This document shows, piece after piece, positions 24,860-38,070 of a DNA stretch of 64,000 nt. The notes under the pieces were generated by a model that was not told the origin of the DNA, did not search any database, and saw nothing but the letters and a program-made list of their open reading frames with translations. The stretch is from assembly GCA_964016885.1 (NCBI GenBank), contig OZ024742.1:305350001-305414000 (forward strand), read 5' to 3'. Source of the stretch: Eledone cirrhosa. Taxonomy: Eukaryota. A program made the translations under genes and the position numbers. The first letter of the stretch is position 1; each line of letters opens with the position of its first letter.

Positions 24860-25679
24860 CACTACTCCGGAGTAACCAAACCAACCTGCGCACTTCGTCG
24901 AGTGCTCCAGCCTGCATACTGAGGTGTTGGTATACAACCAACATAAACTCAAAATCTCTCTCTATATATATATATATATGCACACAAATATATATACACG
25001 CTTGCTTATACGAAGCACCTGAAGAAAGGCAACAAATTTCATGCCTCATATATTCTGGAAATATGGTCAAATTTGGGCCTTGAAACCTTGGTTAGCGCTT
25101 TGGTTCCGTGTATAAATATAAATAAATAATATAATATTTTTGCTCTCTGATTGAGCACTGTTTTCCTTTTTTTCACACCTACGGTAAAGTGATCTGACCA
25201 GCCAGAAATAGAAACAAAATCCTCCTCGAAATATACCCTACCGCTTTAAAATTTGAAATGACATTGAATAAAGTAGTCCTAAATATGATATAAGATTTAG
25301 ATGGTGAGGGTTGGATAGCTTTTGACCATAGATTTAAAGAATCTGATCTGTCTGAATCATCGAACTTATATGTAGCAGCTGAACCTGGTAGATATAACAG
25401 CCAAATCTTCCTCAAATAAAACACTATTTGTTCAATTAAAGAGGGATAGATTGCAGAATGTAATCTCTGATAAAATAAAAGGTGAGAAAGTCACAGTTGA
25501 AAAGCCTATGATTATAGTTCTGCTTTGATCAGGGCTGACATAGGGTAAACAATACAAACAGTAACAACAACACTATCTTAATTTTAAAGAGGTATGATTA
25601 AAATGAGTTCGTTTATTAGATGCTCATCTCGCACATTGGGTAATTCGTATGTGAAGGAAAATGAAACTAATTCTACTAC

Positions 25680-25900
25680 CAATAATAATGTTTTCTCATT
25701 CAGAGAAAAGGCCTACAGTTTTTTTTTTATTTGGTGGGGGGATTGATAGTCGATTAAATCGACCCAGTGGGTTACTGGTATTTCATTTTATCTACCTCAT
25801 AAAGATGAAAGGCAAAGCTAACCTCAACGCAATTTGAACTCAGAATATAAAGTGCTGTAAAAAATAGTGCTAAACATTTATTCGACAATCTAATAACTCT
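25680..25900 (-). mobile_element. Older SINE family A copy
   Basis: GTCGATTAAATCGACCCAGT...GATGAAAGGCAAAGCTAACCTC...ATTTGAACTCAGAA. Confidence 0.75.
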
Positions 25901-27677
25901 GATTTGTAAGATAGATACAAGGCCAGAAATTTGGGGAACAGGAAATTAGATTATATCAAACCTAGTATTTGAATTATACTTTATCGACAGCCCCACCCTC
26001 AAATGATGGTGTCAAATCCATCTCACCTAATATCAAATTGTTGCTATATATAATTGTATTGTTAGGTATTTATATTTTTACATGTTAATTCTAATAAACA
26101 AAAGATCAAGCTGAAACCTCGAAGTTACTGCAACTTTATATATATATACTACCAGTGAATGTTATGTAGTTAGATACGATCTGCATCAGTACTAGCCAGT
26201 GCGAGCGTACATGGGCATGTGTGTGCGCGCGTGTGTGTGTGCAGTTGAGTTAGAAATTTAAACGCAGCTGTTTGAAATTGCAAGGTAGGTGTAATATCTA
26301 ATTGTAGCCTTTCCCCTTCACTGAAAGCTTACGTGGTCTTTCTTTAGAAACTTCTATATTATTTATCACTCTGAAGCTAACATGTGTCCAGTCATTGCTT
26401 TTATTGGCCTCAAAACACCACAGATAATTATCACCTGGTCCCTGCTTTGTTTCACCGATTAATCATCTTTAAGGCATTAAAAATAATCAATGAATCAATC
26501 AATACCTAAAAGAAAGAAAAATAATTATTTACATTATTAAGGTTGTGTCTTATATTTTCTCGTGTATAACAATCAGTTATTTATTCTTTGAAAATTACAA
26601 TAGGGAAATATTTAATTGACTGGTTTGACTCCTGTATATTCTCATTCTAAGCCAGAATAGAAGGATAGTAAAAGGAGGTTGGAAAAAGGTGCCAGGAAAA
26701 CCATTTGGCATCGGTCTACGATTTTAAGAAGTCTTTCTCCACCTTGATTTAGTTCAGTTATTTGTAAGTATATCATGTACAATCTATCAAGACACACCCC
26801 GTTTTTAAATCAAATACATACTTCCATCAAATACATGCATTTAGCAGTTACAAATTCATATATATTTAGTAATTTGAAATGAGGCCTAAATAACACATAT
26901 GACATAGGCTTCGCGGATGCAGTGTGGCGGAATGCTTATCGAGTTCGCTTCGAAATAATTAGGTCCTACGTTTGATCCCATATTGTGACATGTTGAGAAA
27001 GTGTTATTTACTATATTATCCGTTTTACACGCGACTTTTGAGTGAAATTGGGTAAATAGAAACTGTTTGGAAGTTTGTCGGATGGACTGTGTCTGTAATT
27101 CAAAGGGCCAACTTTGTCCCAAAATGTTGCACCGAATCTCCCTGAGAAGTATATGAAGTTACACATGCCTGTGGAATTTTCAGTCGCTTACACCTTAATT
27201 TCGTTTGGAACACTCATCAAGAAAACCGACGGAGACCCATCGATCAGCCTGAGTATTTTAAATGTTTTGGGACCCTACATTTCAAATCTGCCCTTCTCAT
27301 AGTACTCTTGTTATTTCCAGAACAATAAATATCTGAGGTCGTTCCTGTCAAGATTTGAGCTCAAAAATAATTCGGGTGGAAATCATAATCTATAAAGCTC
27401 AGTGTGTGGTCATGCTCCTTCGTTATAGAAATCTACGATATAGAATTTCTTCAATTGAAATTTACAATTCAGTATTCGAAATAGTTTCGATTGCGTCTTG
27501 ACGCAGATAATTTTTTCAATTTCACCCACAATTACGCAAAAAATAGGTAAAACTCAATATTTTACGATTTTTCTCTCATTTAAACTGCTGAACTCTTTCT
27601 ACTATCATTCAACATCTATACAACTTCATACTTTCTGCTACTTTCTCTTTCCAAGCTTGATGGTGATACTGTCCGTT

Positions 27678-28280
27678 CACACCACTCCCTACTGTCTTAA
27701 ATTTAGAAAACACATATCCTCTATGAGGTTACTAAACCTGCTAGAAACAGCAGCTACCTCTCCCCCATATCACACCCCTCCCCACACCACTCCCTACTGT
27801 CTTAAATTTAGAAAACACATATCCTCTATGAGGTTACTAAACCTGCTAGAAACAGCAGCTAACTCTCCCCCATATCACACCCCTCCCTACTGTCTCAAAT
27901 TTAGAAAACACATATCCTCTATGAGGTCACTAAACCTGCTAGAAACAACAGCTAACTCTCCCTCATATCACAACCCTCCCTACTGTCTTAAATTTAGAAA
28001 ACATATCTTCTATGAGGTCACTAAACCTGCTAGAAACAGCAGCTAACTCTCCCCCATATCACACCACTCCCTACTGTCTTAAATTTAGAAAACACATATC
28101 CTCTATGAGGTCACTAAACCTGCTAGAAACAACAGCTAACTCTCCCTCATATCACAACCCTCCCTACTGTCTTAAATTTAGAAAACATATCTTCTATGAG
28201 GTCACTAAACCTGCTAGAAACAGCAGCTAACTCTCCCCCATATCACACCACTCCCTACTGTCTTAAATTTAGAAAACACA
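27678..28280. repeat. Minisatellite, ~6.5 units of 91-93 bp (first unit 105 bp)
   Basis: CCCTACTGTCTTAAATTTAGAAAACACATATCCTCTATGAGGTCACTAAACCTGCTAGAAACAGCAGCTAACTCTCCCCCATATCAC units start at ~27687, 27792, 27885, 27978, 28069, 28162 and 28253. Confidence 0.97.
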
Positions 28281-29370
28281 CAGACAACCATGCAGAACAA
28301 CTCCATCGCAGCTCTGTTGTTCGGCTGGCATCGTCTACGCGCGTGTTGCGCAAGTACTGTGAAACAATAAAATTTCAACACTTTTTTGCACAGAGATAAT
28401 ATCCATAGGCGAAACTACAATTGTCACTGCTGGCACAGCTCATGCTTCCAGGTCTGCAATTCATTCACCCAGTGCCTGGCAGACAAAAAAATGCTGCCAT
28501 AGAATGGGTGGTGCAACCTAACTTTGGTAACTTAATGACCACGAGCAACGCTAGTAAATGATAAAATGCAAGTGTGTATGCCATTTAGCTACCAGATGAG
28601 TCCTCATCAAATAGAACTATGTTACGTAGACAGTCAGAGGAACAATTAAGTGCAATCTACACAGTAAGATATTGTTTCCCACTCTGGCATGTAGTTCATG
28701 TGTGTATGAAGGGGTGTGGTATGGGATACAGTGACGCAATCCGAACTCTCTATTGTTTATCCACTACCCTGTCCATTTCTGTACGCCAGGTTTCATTGTA
28801 GTTTAGCCCCAGATCAACCTGATCAACAGAATTTATGATCAAAGAAACTATCAATTGTTTCGCCACAAGTTTGTGGAGCAAGAAAAATAAAAACCATCAT
28901 AATCTATCGGGAAAATACGAAGAAACAGAGAAGGAAACATATGAATACCGATAGATTCATGGATAGAAAATTGAATATATATAGCTGAAGACTAATGAAT
29001 AGATTTAAAGTTAGATCGCTCGGGTCTACCTAAGAGTGCTACGACGATGGAAAAGACAATTGGTGTTAGGAGTGACAGACAGATAATGGGAGGGACAAGA
29101 GATAAATCTTACAGATTTATCAGTGTCGCCATATTTAAAGTTGATTTGTTGTGTCATGGACAGAGTTTGTCACTGTTTGCTTGAACAGTAGATCAGCAAC
29201 ACCTCTTCTAATTAAGTACAAAATCTTGTTTCATTAATCTTGTGGATTAACCTGTAGCTTAATATTTCTTTGTGCAAATTACATTTCGTTAATTAAGTGT
29301 CTTTGATGAAGGAAGATTCTTACAGTGAATATGGACAGGCATTAAAAACAATTTCTTAGAAACACACAGA

Positions 29371-29429
<59 letters not shown>

Positions 29430-29455
29430 ACACACATACACACACAAACACACAC

Positions 29456-29589
<134 letters not shown>

Positions 29590-29655
29590 CAAATAGTTTT
29601 ATCGCTCTACCTGGCTGAATACAAGAAATGTAAATCTGAGCTTTTCGAATATTAA

Positions 29656-29835
29656 TAATTGTTTCTACTTTTGGCACAAGGCCAGCAATTATCAAGTACA
29701 TTACTGGTACTTTATTTTATCGACCCTGTAAGGATGAAAAGCAAAGTTAACCTCGACGGGATTTTAACTCATACCGTAATGGGACGTAACTATGCTAGAA
29801 AGCATGGCGTCCAACCCTCTACCGATACTGCCAAT
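29656..29835 (-). mobile_element. SINE family A
   Basis: ATAATTGTTTCTACTTTTGGCACAAGGCCAGC...CTCTACCGATACTGCCAA. Confidence 0.88.
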
Positions 29836-29950
29836 TCGATTCATTTGCCATTATGCAAAGAGCTTCTTTAAACCATGTAAGTAGAATCACGCCGTCATTA
29901 TTGCTCTTGTGTTGCCATATATATATATTTGGGGTCTTGACTCTTTTCCT

Positions 29951-29983
<33 letters not shown>

Positions 29984-30075
29984 TAGGAAAAGAGTCAGGA
30001 CCCCGACGGGTGAGCTCCGGCCGTCGGGGTCCTGATTCTTTTCCTATTACCTGCTTCCGTGCCACACTTTCTTTG

Positions 30076-30078
<3 letters not shown>
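29984..30078 (+). mobile_element. (TA)n-anchored fold-back element, copy 3
   Basis: Palindrome TAGGAAAAGAGTCAGGACCCCGACGG...CCGTCGGGGTCCTGATTCTTTTCCTA plus a shortened tail; partial arm also at 29931-29950. Confidence 0.65.
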
Positions 30079-30159
<81 letters not shown>

Positions 30160-30309
30160 CAAAATTCTAAGAAAGCCAAGGATAGAAAATTATTCTTTAT
30201 TCATGCATCTCTACCTGAACCAGTCTAAATCATTCAGTTTTTTGCTTCTGAAGAACAGAGGATGGCAAAGTGCACCGAGCTTATCTCTCCTTACAAATGA
30301 AAATAGTCA

Positions 30310-30416
30310 ATTACTACACTATATCCTCATATATTGGCTCCCACAGGCTATTGGCCAAACTAGTGCATTTTTCGGTTTTGAACTCGTGTACTTCTATTCG
30401 ACGTTCAAATGGTACT
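30310..30416 (-). pseudogene. Hero/R2-type restriction-like endonuclease remnant, C-terminal half
   Basis: Reads VPFERRIEVHEFKTEKCTSLANSL (ELTVPWEER...K..KY..L motif), in frame with 32865-32982 once the intervening element is removed. Confidence 0.65.
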
Positions 30417-32867
30417 TTAGCAGGTAGTAGAATGGTCGCCACTTTAACAGGGTAGATGATTGATGTTATTGAGACACGAGCAACATAATAATGATTTCAA
30501 CAGCAGAAATTAGAGATGAAATGTATGTTTATTTTTGATGTAGCACAAACAATGTTTGTTAACTTATATGGTTGAAGTTACAGATAAAAAGAGGTTACAA
30601 AAGGAAATGTGCCATTGCGCCGAAAAGCCGGCGAGGCTAGGGTGCAATATCTCACCGTTACATTATGCGTGTTGCTGGCTCGAAGTTTCTGGTACAAGAG
30701 AGAGATTCTTCAAATCCTCGCGGGGAATTTCTTCCTCAGGGCGCGTAGGGATACATCCTCCTCTACTGGCGCTGATTGGCTGAACTGAGCCAAATCACGC
30801 ACAGAGAATTTATGTGAGCCCGCGGAATGTAGGTCACTACATCATCTCCGAACAGATTTTCAGCCGAAAATCGATAACGAAGAAACCAAGGACACACATA
30901 TTATTGAATCAGCAAGAACAAATGCTGAAAGAGCACATCAGTGAAAAAATAATTGAGCAGAAAGATTCATGCAAGAACAAAAAAAATTAGGCGCGACGGG
31001 CCGTGTTGAGCCGCTGTCAAATGACTAGCTGTTTTGTAGTTTAAACGAGACCCTCAAGGGCCTACCAGAAAACAGATAAAGTCTGACATGGGCGAAGTTG
31101 CTGTTCTTGCATTAAATGTTAATGGTAAGCGTTGTACCAGTAGCTGTGAACGAAGCTATTATGGTAGTTTACCAGTGCTGGCAAGAAAATGATGGCCCCC
31201 AGATGTATTGTCAAATGTGCTGTGGAGACAGGAAAAAAATGGCTGGTTGCTTTGTAAAGAAAAAAAAAAGCAAGTTTAATCTGTAGGTGGGTTGCAGTGT
31301 AAATTCCATAATTCGGGCGAATCCACAGAAGTGGCCGAAATGCTGACAAGTCCAGTTCAATTTGTTGCTTTCCCAGCGAGTCGGGAAAAAACAACAAGAC
31401 GGATGGCCGTCATGGACGATCAGTGTGCAACGAGATGCGAAGCTGTTTGAGTTCAGCTGCAATTAGTATTCTCGTGTTGCGGTGCTTGCTTGAATCCAGT
31501 GGATTAAGCTCTGTGAGCTGCTAGCATGTGACAGCACCTCAACCAGGTGAAAAGTGACTCGCAGAATATTACGTTTGAAGAACATATACCAAGAACAACA
31601 TGTTGGTGTGTGATAAAAAAATGTGTGCACATGCAGGCATGCAAAACAGCAAAGAATGTGAATGAACAAAAACCATGAGCAAGCAAACAGCAAAAGAGCA
31701 CAAAACAAGTAAATGCATTCAACAAAGTAATATGTGAATGTAACAAACTGATAATTCAAAGTCAATCTAAGGGAGCAGAGAAATTGCTCAATAAGTTCAA
31801 AGTTTTTCAAAGTCAAATAGTTCACACATCACCAGTGTACAGACACTAGTTCTATCTGAAAACTGAAAAAAAAGTCTGTTAATGCCGTTAGGGGTTAGAT
31901 GTATGGTGTTTTTGAGAGTTTTCGTGGTCATTCTACCGTCTTGAAGGTTTTGTTGCTTATTGTTAAAGCAAAGTCAAAGAATCTTCTGTAGAGTAGCAGT
32001 CACTAAACATGGCAGTCACGTCTGACGCCATAATGGTGAGAAAACTACTGTCTCAATTTCTCGAGTCCCTGTGGCAAGGAGACAGAAGGTATGGTGGTTG
32101 CGTCGGTAAAGTTACAAGCCGTTTTGAAATTTCCGATGTGTGGTGGTTTGCGTCGGTAAGGCTATGAAGCTGCCACTCACTATTCCCTGTTTTGGTCAGT
32201 GGCTAAACAATGTTGTCGCTGCTGCTGCTGTCGTTGTTGATCGTAGACAGGACTTGTCGGTAGCCATTTCGAAATTTCTTCGTGGCGAAAAGTTTTTGAA
32301 ATACTGCTAATTTTTCAAAAAAAAAAATTTTGAAAGGAATATATTGTATTTTCGCAAGTTGCGAAAAAGGTTGGCAACGTGGCAATAAAAGTTCAACTGA
32401 ATAAAAAGGAGGGGCTGCGTTAAATTCTTACGTCGGTCACCACTTTAGCAGGTAGTAGAATGGTCGCCACTTTAACAGGGTAGATGATTGATGTTATTGA
32501 GACACGAGCAACATAATAATGATTTCAACAGCAGAAATTAGAGATGAAATGAATGTTTATTTTTGATGTAGCACAAACAATGTTTGTTAACTTAAATGGT
32601 TGAAGTTACAGATAAAAAGAGGTTACAAAAGGGAATGTGCCATTGCGCCGAAAAGCCGGCGAGGCTAGGGTGCAATATCTCACCGTTACATTATGCGTGT
32701 TGCTGGCTCGAAGTTTCTGGTACAAGAGAGAGATTCTTCAAATCCTCGCGGGGAATTTCTTCCTCAGGGCGCGTAGGGATACATCCTCTTCTACTGGCGC
32801 TGATTGGCTGAACTGAGCCAAATCACGCACAGAGAATGTATGTGAGCCCGCGGAATGTAGGTCACTA
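30414..32867 (-). mobile_element. Non-autonomous LTR-like element (~2.45 kb) with 426-bp direct repeats
   Basis: Repeats at 30414-30839 and 32442-32867 (about 5 mismatches). On the - strand the repeat has CCAATCA and AATAAA; PBS-like TGGTGACCGACGT directly follows the 5' repeat; no coding capacity recognised internally. Confidence 0.75.
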
Positions 32868-32982
32868 TGTGTTCATTGAAAATCAGCTGCTTTGATGAAC
32901 TGGAATGGAGTACAATATCCGGCCTTAGGCCACTCTTCCTGGTGGTTTCTGGTAGTTTTGCTGCCCCTGGGGTGTCTGAATC
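32865..32982 (-). pseudogene. Hero/R2-type restriction-like endonuclease remnant, N-terminal half
   Basis: KLPETTRKSGLRPDIVLHSSSSKQLIFNEHI (LRPDIV..S...KQ...E motif). Confidence 0.7.
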
Positions 32983-34328
32983 CTATAAATATATAGAATT
33001 AGTCTTTATCGTTATTGTTAACTCTTATGGTCTAGTTATTACTGCTGCTACAGTTGCTAATGGGTGAAATGGTGACGATAATATGTTTCCGTTGGTGGTG
33101 ATGGTGATATATTTCAGCCCCTGGCCAACCTTAAACACGCAAACCTAGTACGGCATAATTCAATGTAACAATCATTAGCTTTATATAAGAATAGGCTGTG
33201 ATTTGAAGAAAATATGACTGCTTCTTCTAGCAGAGCGGGTGACCACGTAGAGATGCAGCCTCTATTTCGGTGACAATGTTGCTGATTTTACACTCACATT
33301 GATATTTTTGTTGGTATTGTTGTTGTTGATGGCGGTAGTAATGTTAGTGTCGTTGTGGTGATACATCGTTGTTATAGCTCTCATCTCCATTCTTATCAGT
33401 GTTAGAATAATCAACGATGTTAAACGATATTCTTATCACTGATCTTTTTTATCCTCTTCCAGTCAGTTGTTCTGTCATCATGGCTGTTGGTACTGTATTT
33501 CCTATCATTCGTCCATCTTTTCTTGCCTTCAAAACTCACTCTTTATATTCATTCTAACTTCACCACACCCCTGTTACCCTTTCAACATTTTCTCTCATGT
33601 TTTATCTTTCTTTTCCTTTGCTGCTAATGAAGATTATATTACACTGCTTCTCCAATCTTTTATCAGCATTTCCACACCCATCCCACGCTGGTACATCAAC
33701 ACAAGTGTCTCCTCCCCTAATAAAGTTTTAAAAAAACTCCTTCAACAGTCTTAATACACTCCCCTAAAATAGCACCACCTAGACTAAGAGAAAAAAACAA
33801 TGACGTTGCCTCACCATGGTCAATAAACCTATTATAATTAGAAGATAGACCTCCCTCAAATAACATCCTATCGTCCAATAATAATAATAAAAAAGATATT
33901 AGATAAGGGATCTCTATATCTTTCTAAATGGACTGGGTGATCATTGCTGGAATGAATTTGATTCAAGTTTCCCTGATCACATTTTAACAACATTAAAACA
34001 ACTGGAATTTCTCCCCGGTAGCAAAATGTCCACACATCAACCAGCCTATGTGATTGCAAGAAATAACAACCAAATCACTTTTAAACAATGCTCTACCGCC
34101 ATGGAAAAGGAAGGAAACATTAGATATTGAAGGAATAGAATATACACAAAATTAAAAAAAAGTGTGTAGTTATAGCTGGAACATATTCGATCTTGGCCAA
34201 ACTGGAATTAAACCCCAGTAACACAAATGATTTCCCATCCTGTCAGCAGCAATGCACCACAGAATAAGCAATAGTTCAAATGAGACCTGTCGTTGGTTAC
34301 ATCACGTCTAAATTTGTGCGTGTGTGTT

Positions 34329-34366
<38 letters not shown>

Positions 34367-34380
34367 TGTGTGTGTATGTA

Positions 34381-34415
<35 letters not shown>

Positions 34416-34419
34416 TAGA

Positions 34420-34750
34420 AATAGTCGGGCTGGACACCCGATCGCGCGGTTAAACCACTGGGAGTGAAGGACCCCTAGCCTTTGTCAGGGTATTCTTCTA
34501 GGAGAAGGCAACTCAGGAAACTGGGATAACTCCGATATACAACCTGCGGCTCAGTAGTTACGATGATATTGATCTTTTCTTCTTTTCGGATTATAGCTAC
34601 TGTCGCTCAGAGAGTGGGATTGGCTCAGTGCACAGTCTTTCCTCATTTAAAAAAAATATCTTCACGCACAGGCAGTGCACGATAGAATTAATTAATAATT
34701 AATAATAATGGTATATCGTGCAACTCGATAACGAGGGGGCAGCCATCATA
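34420..34750 (+). mobile_element. Short non-autonomous RTE-derived (bipartite) element
   Basis: Contains TCTAGGAGAAGGCAACTC, resembling the conserved RTE 5' UTR motif; ends in ...GAGGGGGCAGCCATCAT, shared with 787-836; flanked by microsatellites. Confidence 0.45.
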
Positions 34751-34759
34751 TATATGTAT

Positions 34760-34818
<59 letters not shown>

Positions 34819-35478
34819 CACATATACAAATTTATATATTTATATAAATATATATACATATATATACATACATATATATACATACAAACTTGACAAACAA
34901 AACGGGGTTATTAATCTGGTTTAGATCTCTAATCCTAGACCACCACAAAAAATACTTAATGATTATACTATCTTAACTATATTCTATCTCTATATCTAAA
35001 TTTCTTCTAATGCTTTCACTGATTAATTCTTTAATTGGAACAATTTTTATTGTATAGTTAGGGAGAGATGGGCAAAGTCTGATATATTTCAGACCGCGAG
35101 ACCTAGTTCGAATGATGGCAAAGTCACCTGGGTGTCATTTACTGTGAAACCATGCAATGGGATTACATCCAATTCTTATTAGCCTGTTGGTTTCACCCAT
35201 CATCACCGTCATCATCGCCATCACCTTCATTATAAACATCAGTAGTATCATCATCTTCAGCAGCAGCAGCAATAACAGGAGTAGTGGCAACATCATCATC
35301 ATCCTCCTTATCGTTGTCATTATTTTGAGTAGCAGAAGAGTCTATAAACTCTTCAAACTTCAGAATCTATGATATTTCATCAGAGTTGTTTGACGACTTT
35401 CTAGCAACGACCTGAAATATTTGACAGGTATCGATACGTCTTCTTACATACTTGTTATTGAATTCCTAAATAGTTATA

Positions 35479-35579
<101 letters not shown>

Positions 35580-35617
35580 GAGAGAGAGAGAAAGAGAGAG
35601 GGGAAGAGAGAGAGAGA

Positions 35618-35645
<28 letters not shown>

Positions 35646-35652
<7 letters not shown>

Positions 35653-35762
35653 GATCCCGACGGCTTTCGACAGCTAGATCCGAACTGCGTTCTACTATCC
35701 TAAGTATTGAGTACTCTGGTGCGTTATGGTCCACCTGGTATCTTACCACACCCACTTTGTTA
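35646..35762 (+). mobile_element. (TA)n-anchored fold-back family, copy 4 (one arm only)
   Basis: GAGTCAGGATCCCGACGG..., then CCTAAGTATTGAGTACTCTGGTGCGTTATGGTCCACCTGGTATCTTACCACA, then (TA)n. Confidence 0.65.
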
Positions 35763-36034
35763 TATATATATATATATATTAAATAGAAAATATGAGTGGA
35801 ACAGCAACATCACAACTTACAATTAAGGACAAAATGAAAACACACACACACATAGAACAAACAACCAACCAACAATAAATAAATAAATAAATAAACAACT
35901 AGATAAATGAACACAAACACACACAGACACCCGGATGTGGCGCATGCGCAAACTGAGCACACAACACACACACAGAAACAAAATGGCGTAGGATAGAAGA
36001 AAGGAAAGGCACAGAAACAAAGAAAGGAATCCCC

Positions 36035-36079
36035 AGTCACTGAAGAGGTCACAGAGTGTGTGACGAAAGGACTATGACT
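36035..36079 (+). ncRNA. Minimal type I hammerhead in a TA-flanked solo pLTR-like segment (~35780-36200)
   Basis: AGUCA-CUGAAGA-G-GUCACA-GAGUG-UGUGAC-GAAA-GGA-CUA^UGACU; 5-bp stem I; shares CTGAAGAGGTCACAG with the PLE pLTR ribozyme. Confidence 0.65.
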
Positions 36080-36299
36080 ATATATAAACAACTATCTGGT
36101 TGTGGAACCAACCAACCAACCAGAAATTTATAAGTTTGTAGGTTTGTAAATTTATAAATTTATAAATATATAATAAATTGAAGTGAAAGCAACTGGTGCG
36201 TGTGTTTCTTATTGGCAACATGACCCTCCCAAAGTGTAACAATATCGGTTTCAACACACGATTTCAGATAAAGAATCTTGCTAAACAAATTCAGAAACG

Positions 36300-36375
<76 letters not shown>

Positions 36376-36456
36376 TATATACCTATATATATATTACTCA
36401 CTACCATGACTGAATCTTAACCATCTACTATGTCAGGGTATGTCATGCATCATCTT

Positions 36457-36520
36457 ATTTTATCTGATGAGGACGTACTGTTGCACTTAACTCAGTACCT
36501 CTGACATATGTATAATAAAA
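36457..36520 (+). ncRNA. Degenerate hammerhead-like motif (same type as 1755-1812)
   Basis: ATTTTAT-CTGATGA-GGACGTACTG...CAGTACCTCT-GACA-TATG-T-ATAATAAAA; GAAA is mutated to GACA. Confidence 0.35.
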
Positions 36521-36659
36521 TATACTTGATCACAAGAATATCTATTTTGTTAATATTTTGAATTAATATATATATATATGTGTGTGTGTGTATGTGTGTA
36601 TGGTTAGGTGTGTGTGTATATATATATACATGTGTATATATGTATATATATATATATAC

Positions 36660-36721
<62 letters not shown>

Positions 36722-37098
36722 AGTGAGAGTTTGTGAAATATTTGATGTCAATAGAGCCCGGTCGAACACCAACGTCTTCACAGTATGTGGATAAGGTCTC
36801 CAGTTTGCGAATTACCCTCGAGTGTAGGGTTTCTTTTATGTTCCCCTCACCAACATCAGTGTATTGCAGTAATATGGTGCAGTCTATTATGTGACTGATT
36901 CGCAGACTCCTGCTCCACTATTAGAAGAATATTAAGCAACGCCTTCGGTTTTTTCTTTGTTTTCTATTCTAAACCACTTAACTTTTCAGGCAGCCTTGCC
37001 AAATAAATTTCATAAAAAACCATAGAAGATTGTCAGAAAGTAGATGAAAGGTTTGCTAGAAAATTGTCTGTATGCCTGTATGTATGATTGAATGTATG

Positions 37099-37156
<58 letters not shown>

Positions 37157-37904
37157 GCAAACATATATACATATATACATTCATGCATATGGGGATTTCT
37201 CGTAGGTCCGTTTTAATTTATTTAGTTGATACATTAAATTGTCAGTAACACAATTAAAAGATAAGAAAAATGAAAGAAAATAACCACAAAAAAATAGTGA
37301 GTGGATGGAGAGAAACTTTATTCCCTTGACTTGACAGCATATCTCGGTTGCATACCATGTAGACGATAAGGAAAGTTTTACCTCGAAGAACGGCTAGTAA
37401 TATTTGCTGCATCAGTCATTTCCCCTCAAGGGATCTTTCCTCAGTCGTGACGTATTCCGATTTGATGGAAAAAAAAACTGTAGTCTGGTAACCAAGGCCG
37501 TCTGTATAGCGACCAATAAAAAAAGCAATCGTTCTGTTAATGTCTGTTATTTGCTAATATTCAGAATACCATGTTATCCTCCAAACCTAAATAGAACTGA
37601 GAAGACAATTGTGCGCTGTTTATTTCACTGTTTCGTCGTGAAGAGGTTATCATGAGCATCAGCTCGAACATTTCTAGGCTGATATTTACAGTAAATACTG
37701 AGTGGTCAGAGTTCTGGAGAAGAATTTTCAGAAAGGCCAAGTCCTATAATTAAGATCAGAGATCCCACTGATTTGAACTGTTGATGACATACCTTACTCT
37801 GTTGCACTCCCAAAAGAGGAATAATTGTGCAAGGTTAGATACTTCGATGGTTAAAAAAAGCAACAACAACATTTATTCCTTTAATCACCCATTGTTAAAA
37901 TGTT

Positions 37905-38070
37905 GGTGGACGCAGTATGGCCGAATAATTTAAGATTTAGCTTCGCAATTACTAGATCCTCGATTCGATCTCACTGTGTGGCATTTTGGATAGATTACTT
38001 TACCATAGACTCAGGTTGACCCTTGCTGTGGGAGTGAATTTTGGTAAAGGGAAACTATTTGGAAGCGTTT
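37905..38070 (+). mobile_element. Degenerate SINE family B
   Basis: tRNA-like head (TGGCCGAAT..., GATTCGATCTCAC), then TGTGGCATTTTGG...GAGTGAATTTTGGTAAAGGGAAACT. Confidence 0.5.

Noticed and set aside
26770-27500. Possible pogo/Tigger transposase remnant
   Set aside because: Only a faint RFL.RR motif and a TIR-like start; no DDE motifs were recoverable by eye.
27678-28280. CRISPR-like array or repeat protein ORFs (MRSLNLLETAANSPP)
   Set aside because: Units are head-to-tail with no unique spacers, unit lengths break the frame, the context is eukaryotic and there are no cas genes.
30695-30745. CUGAGGA...GAAG hammerhead-like motif in the direct repeat (- strand)
   Set aside because: GAAG replaces GAAA and there is no stem I pairing.
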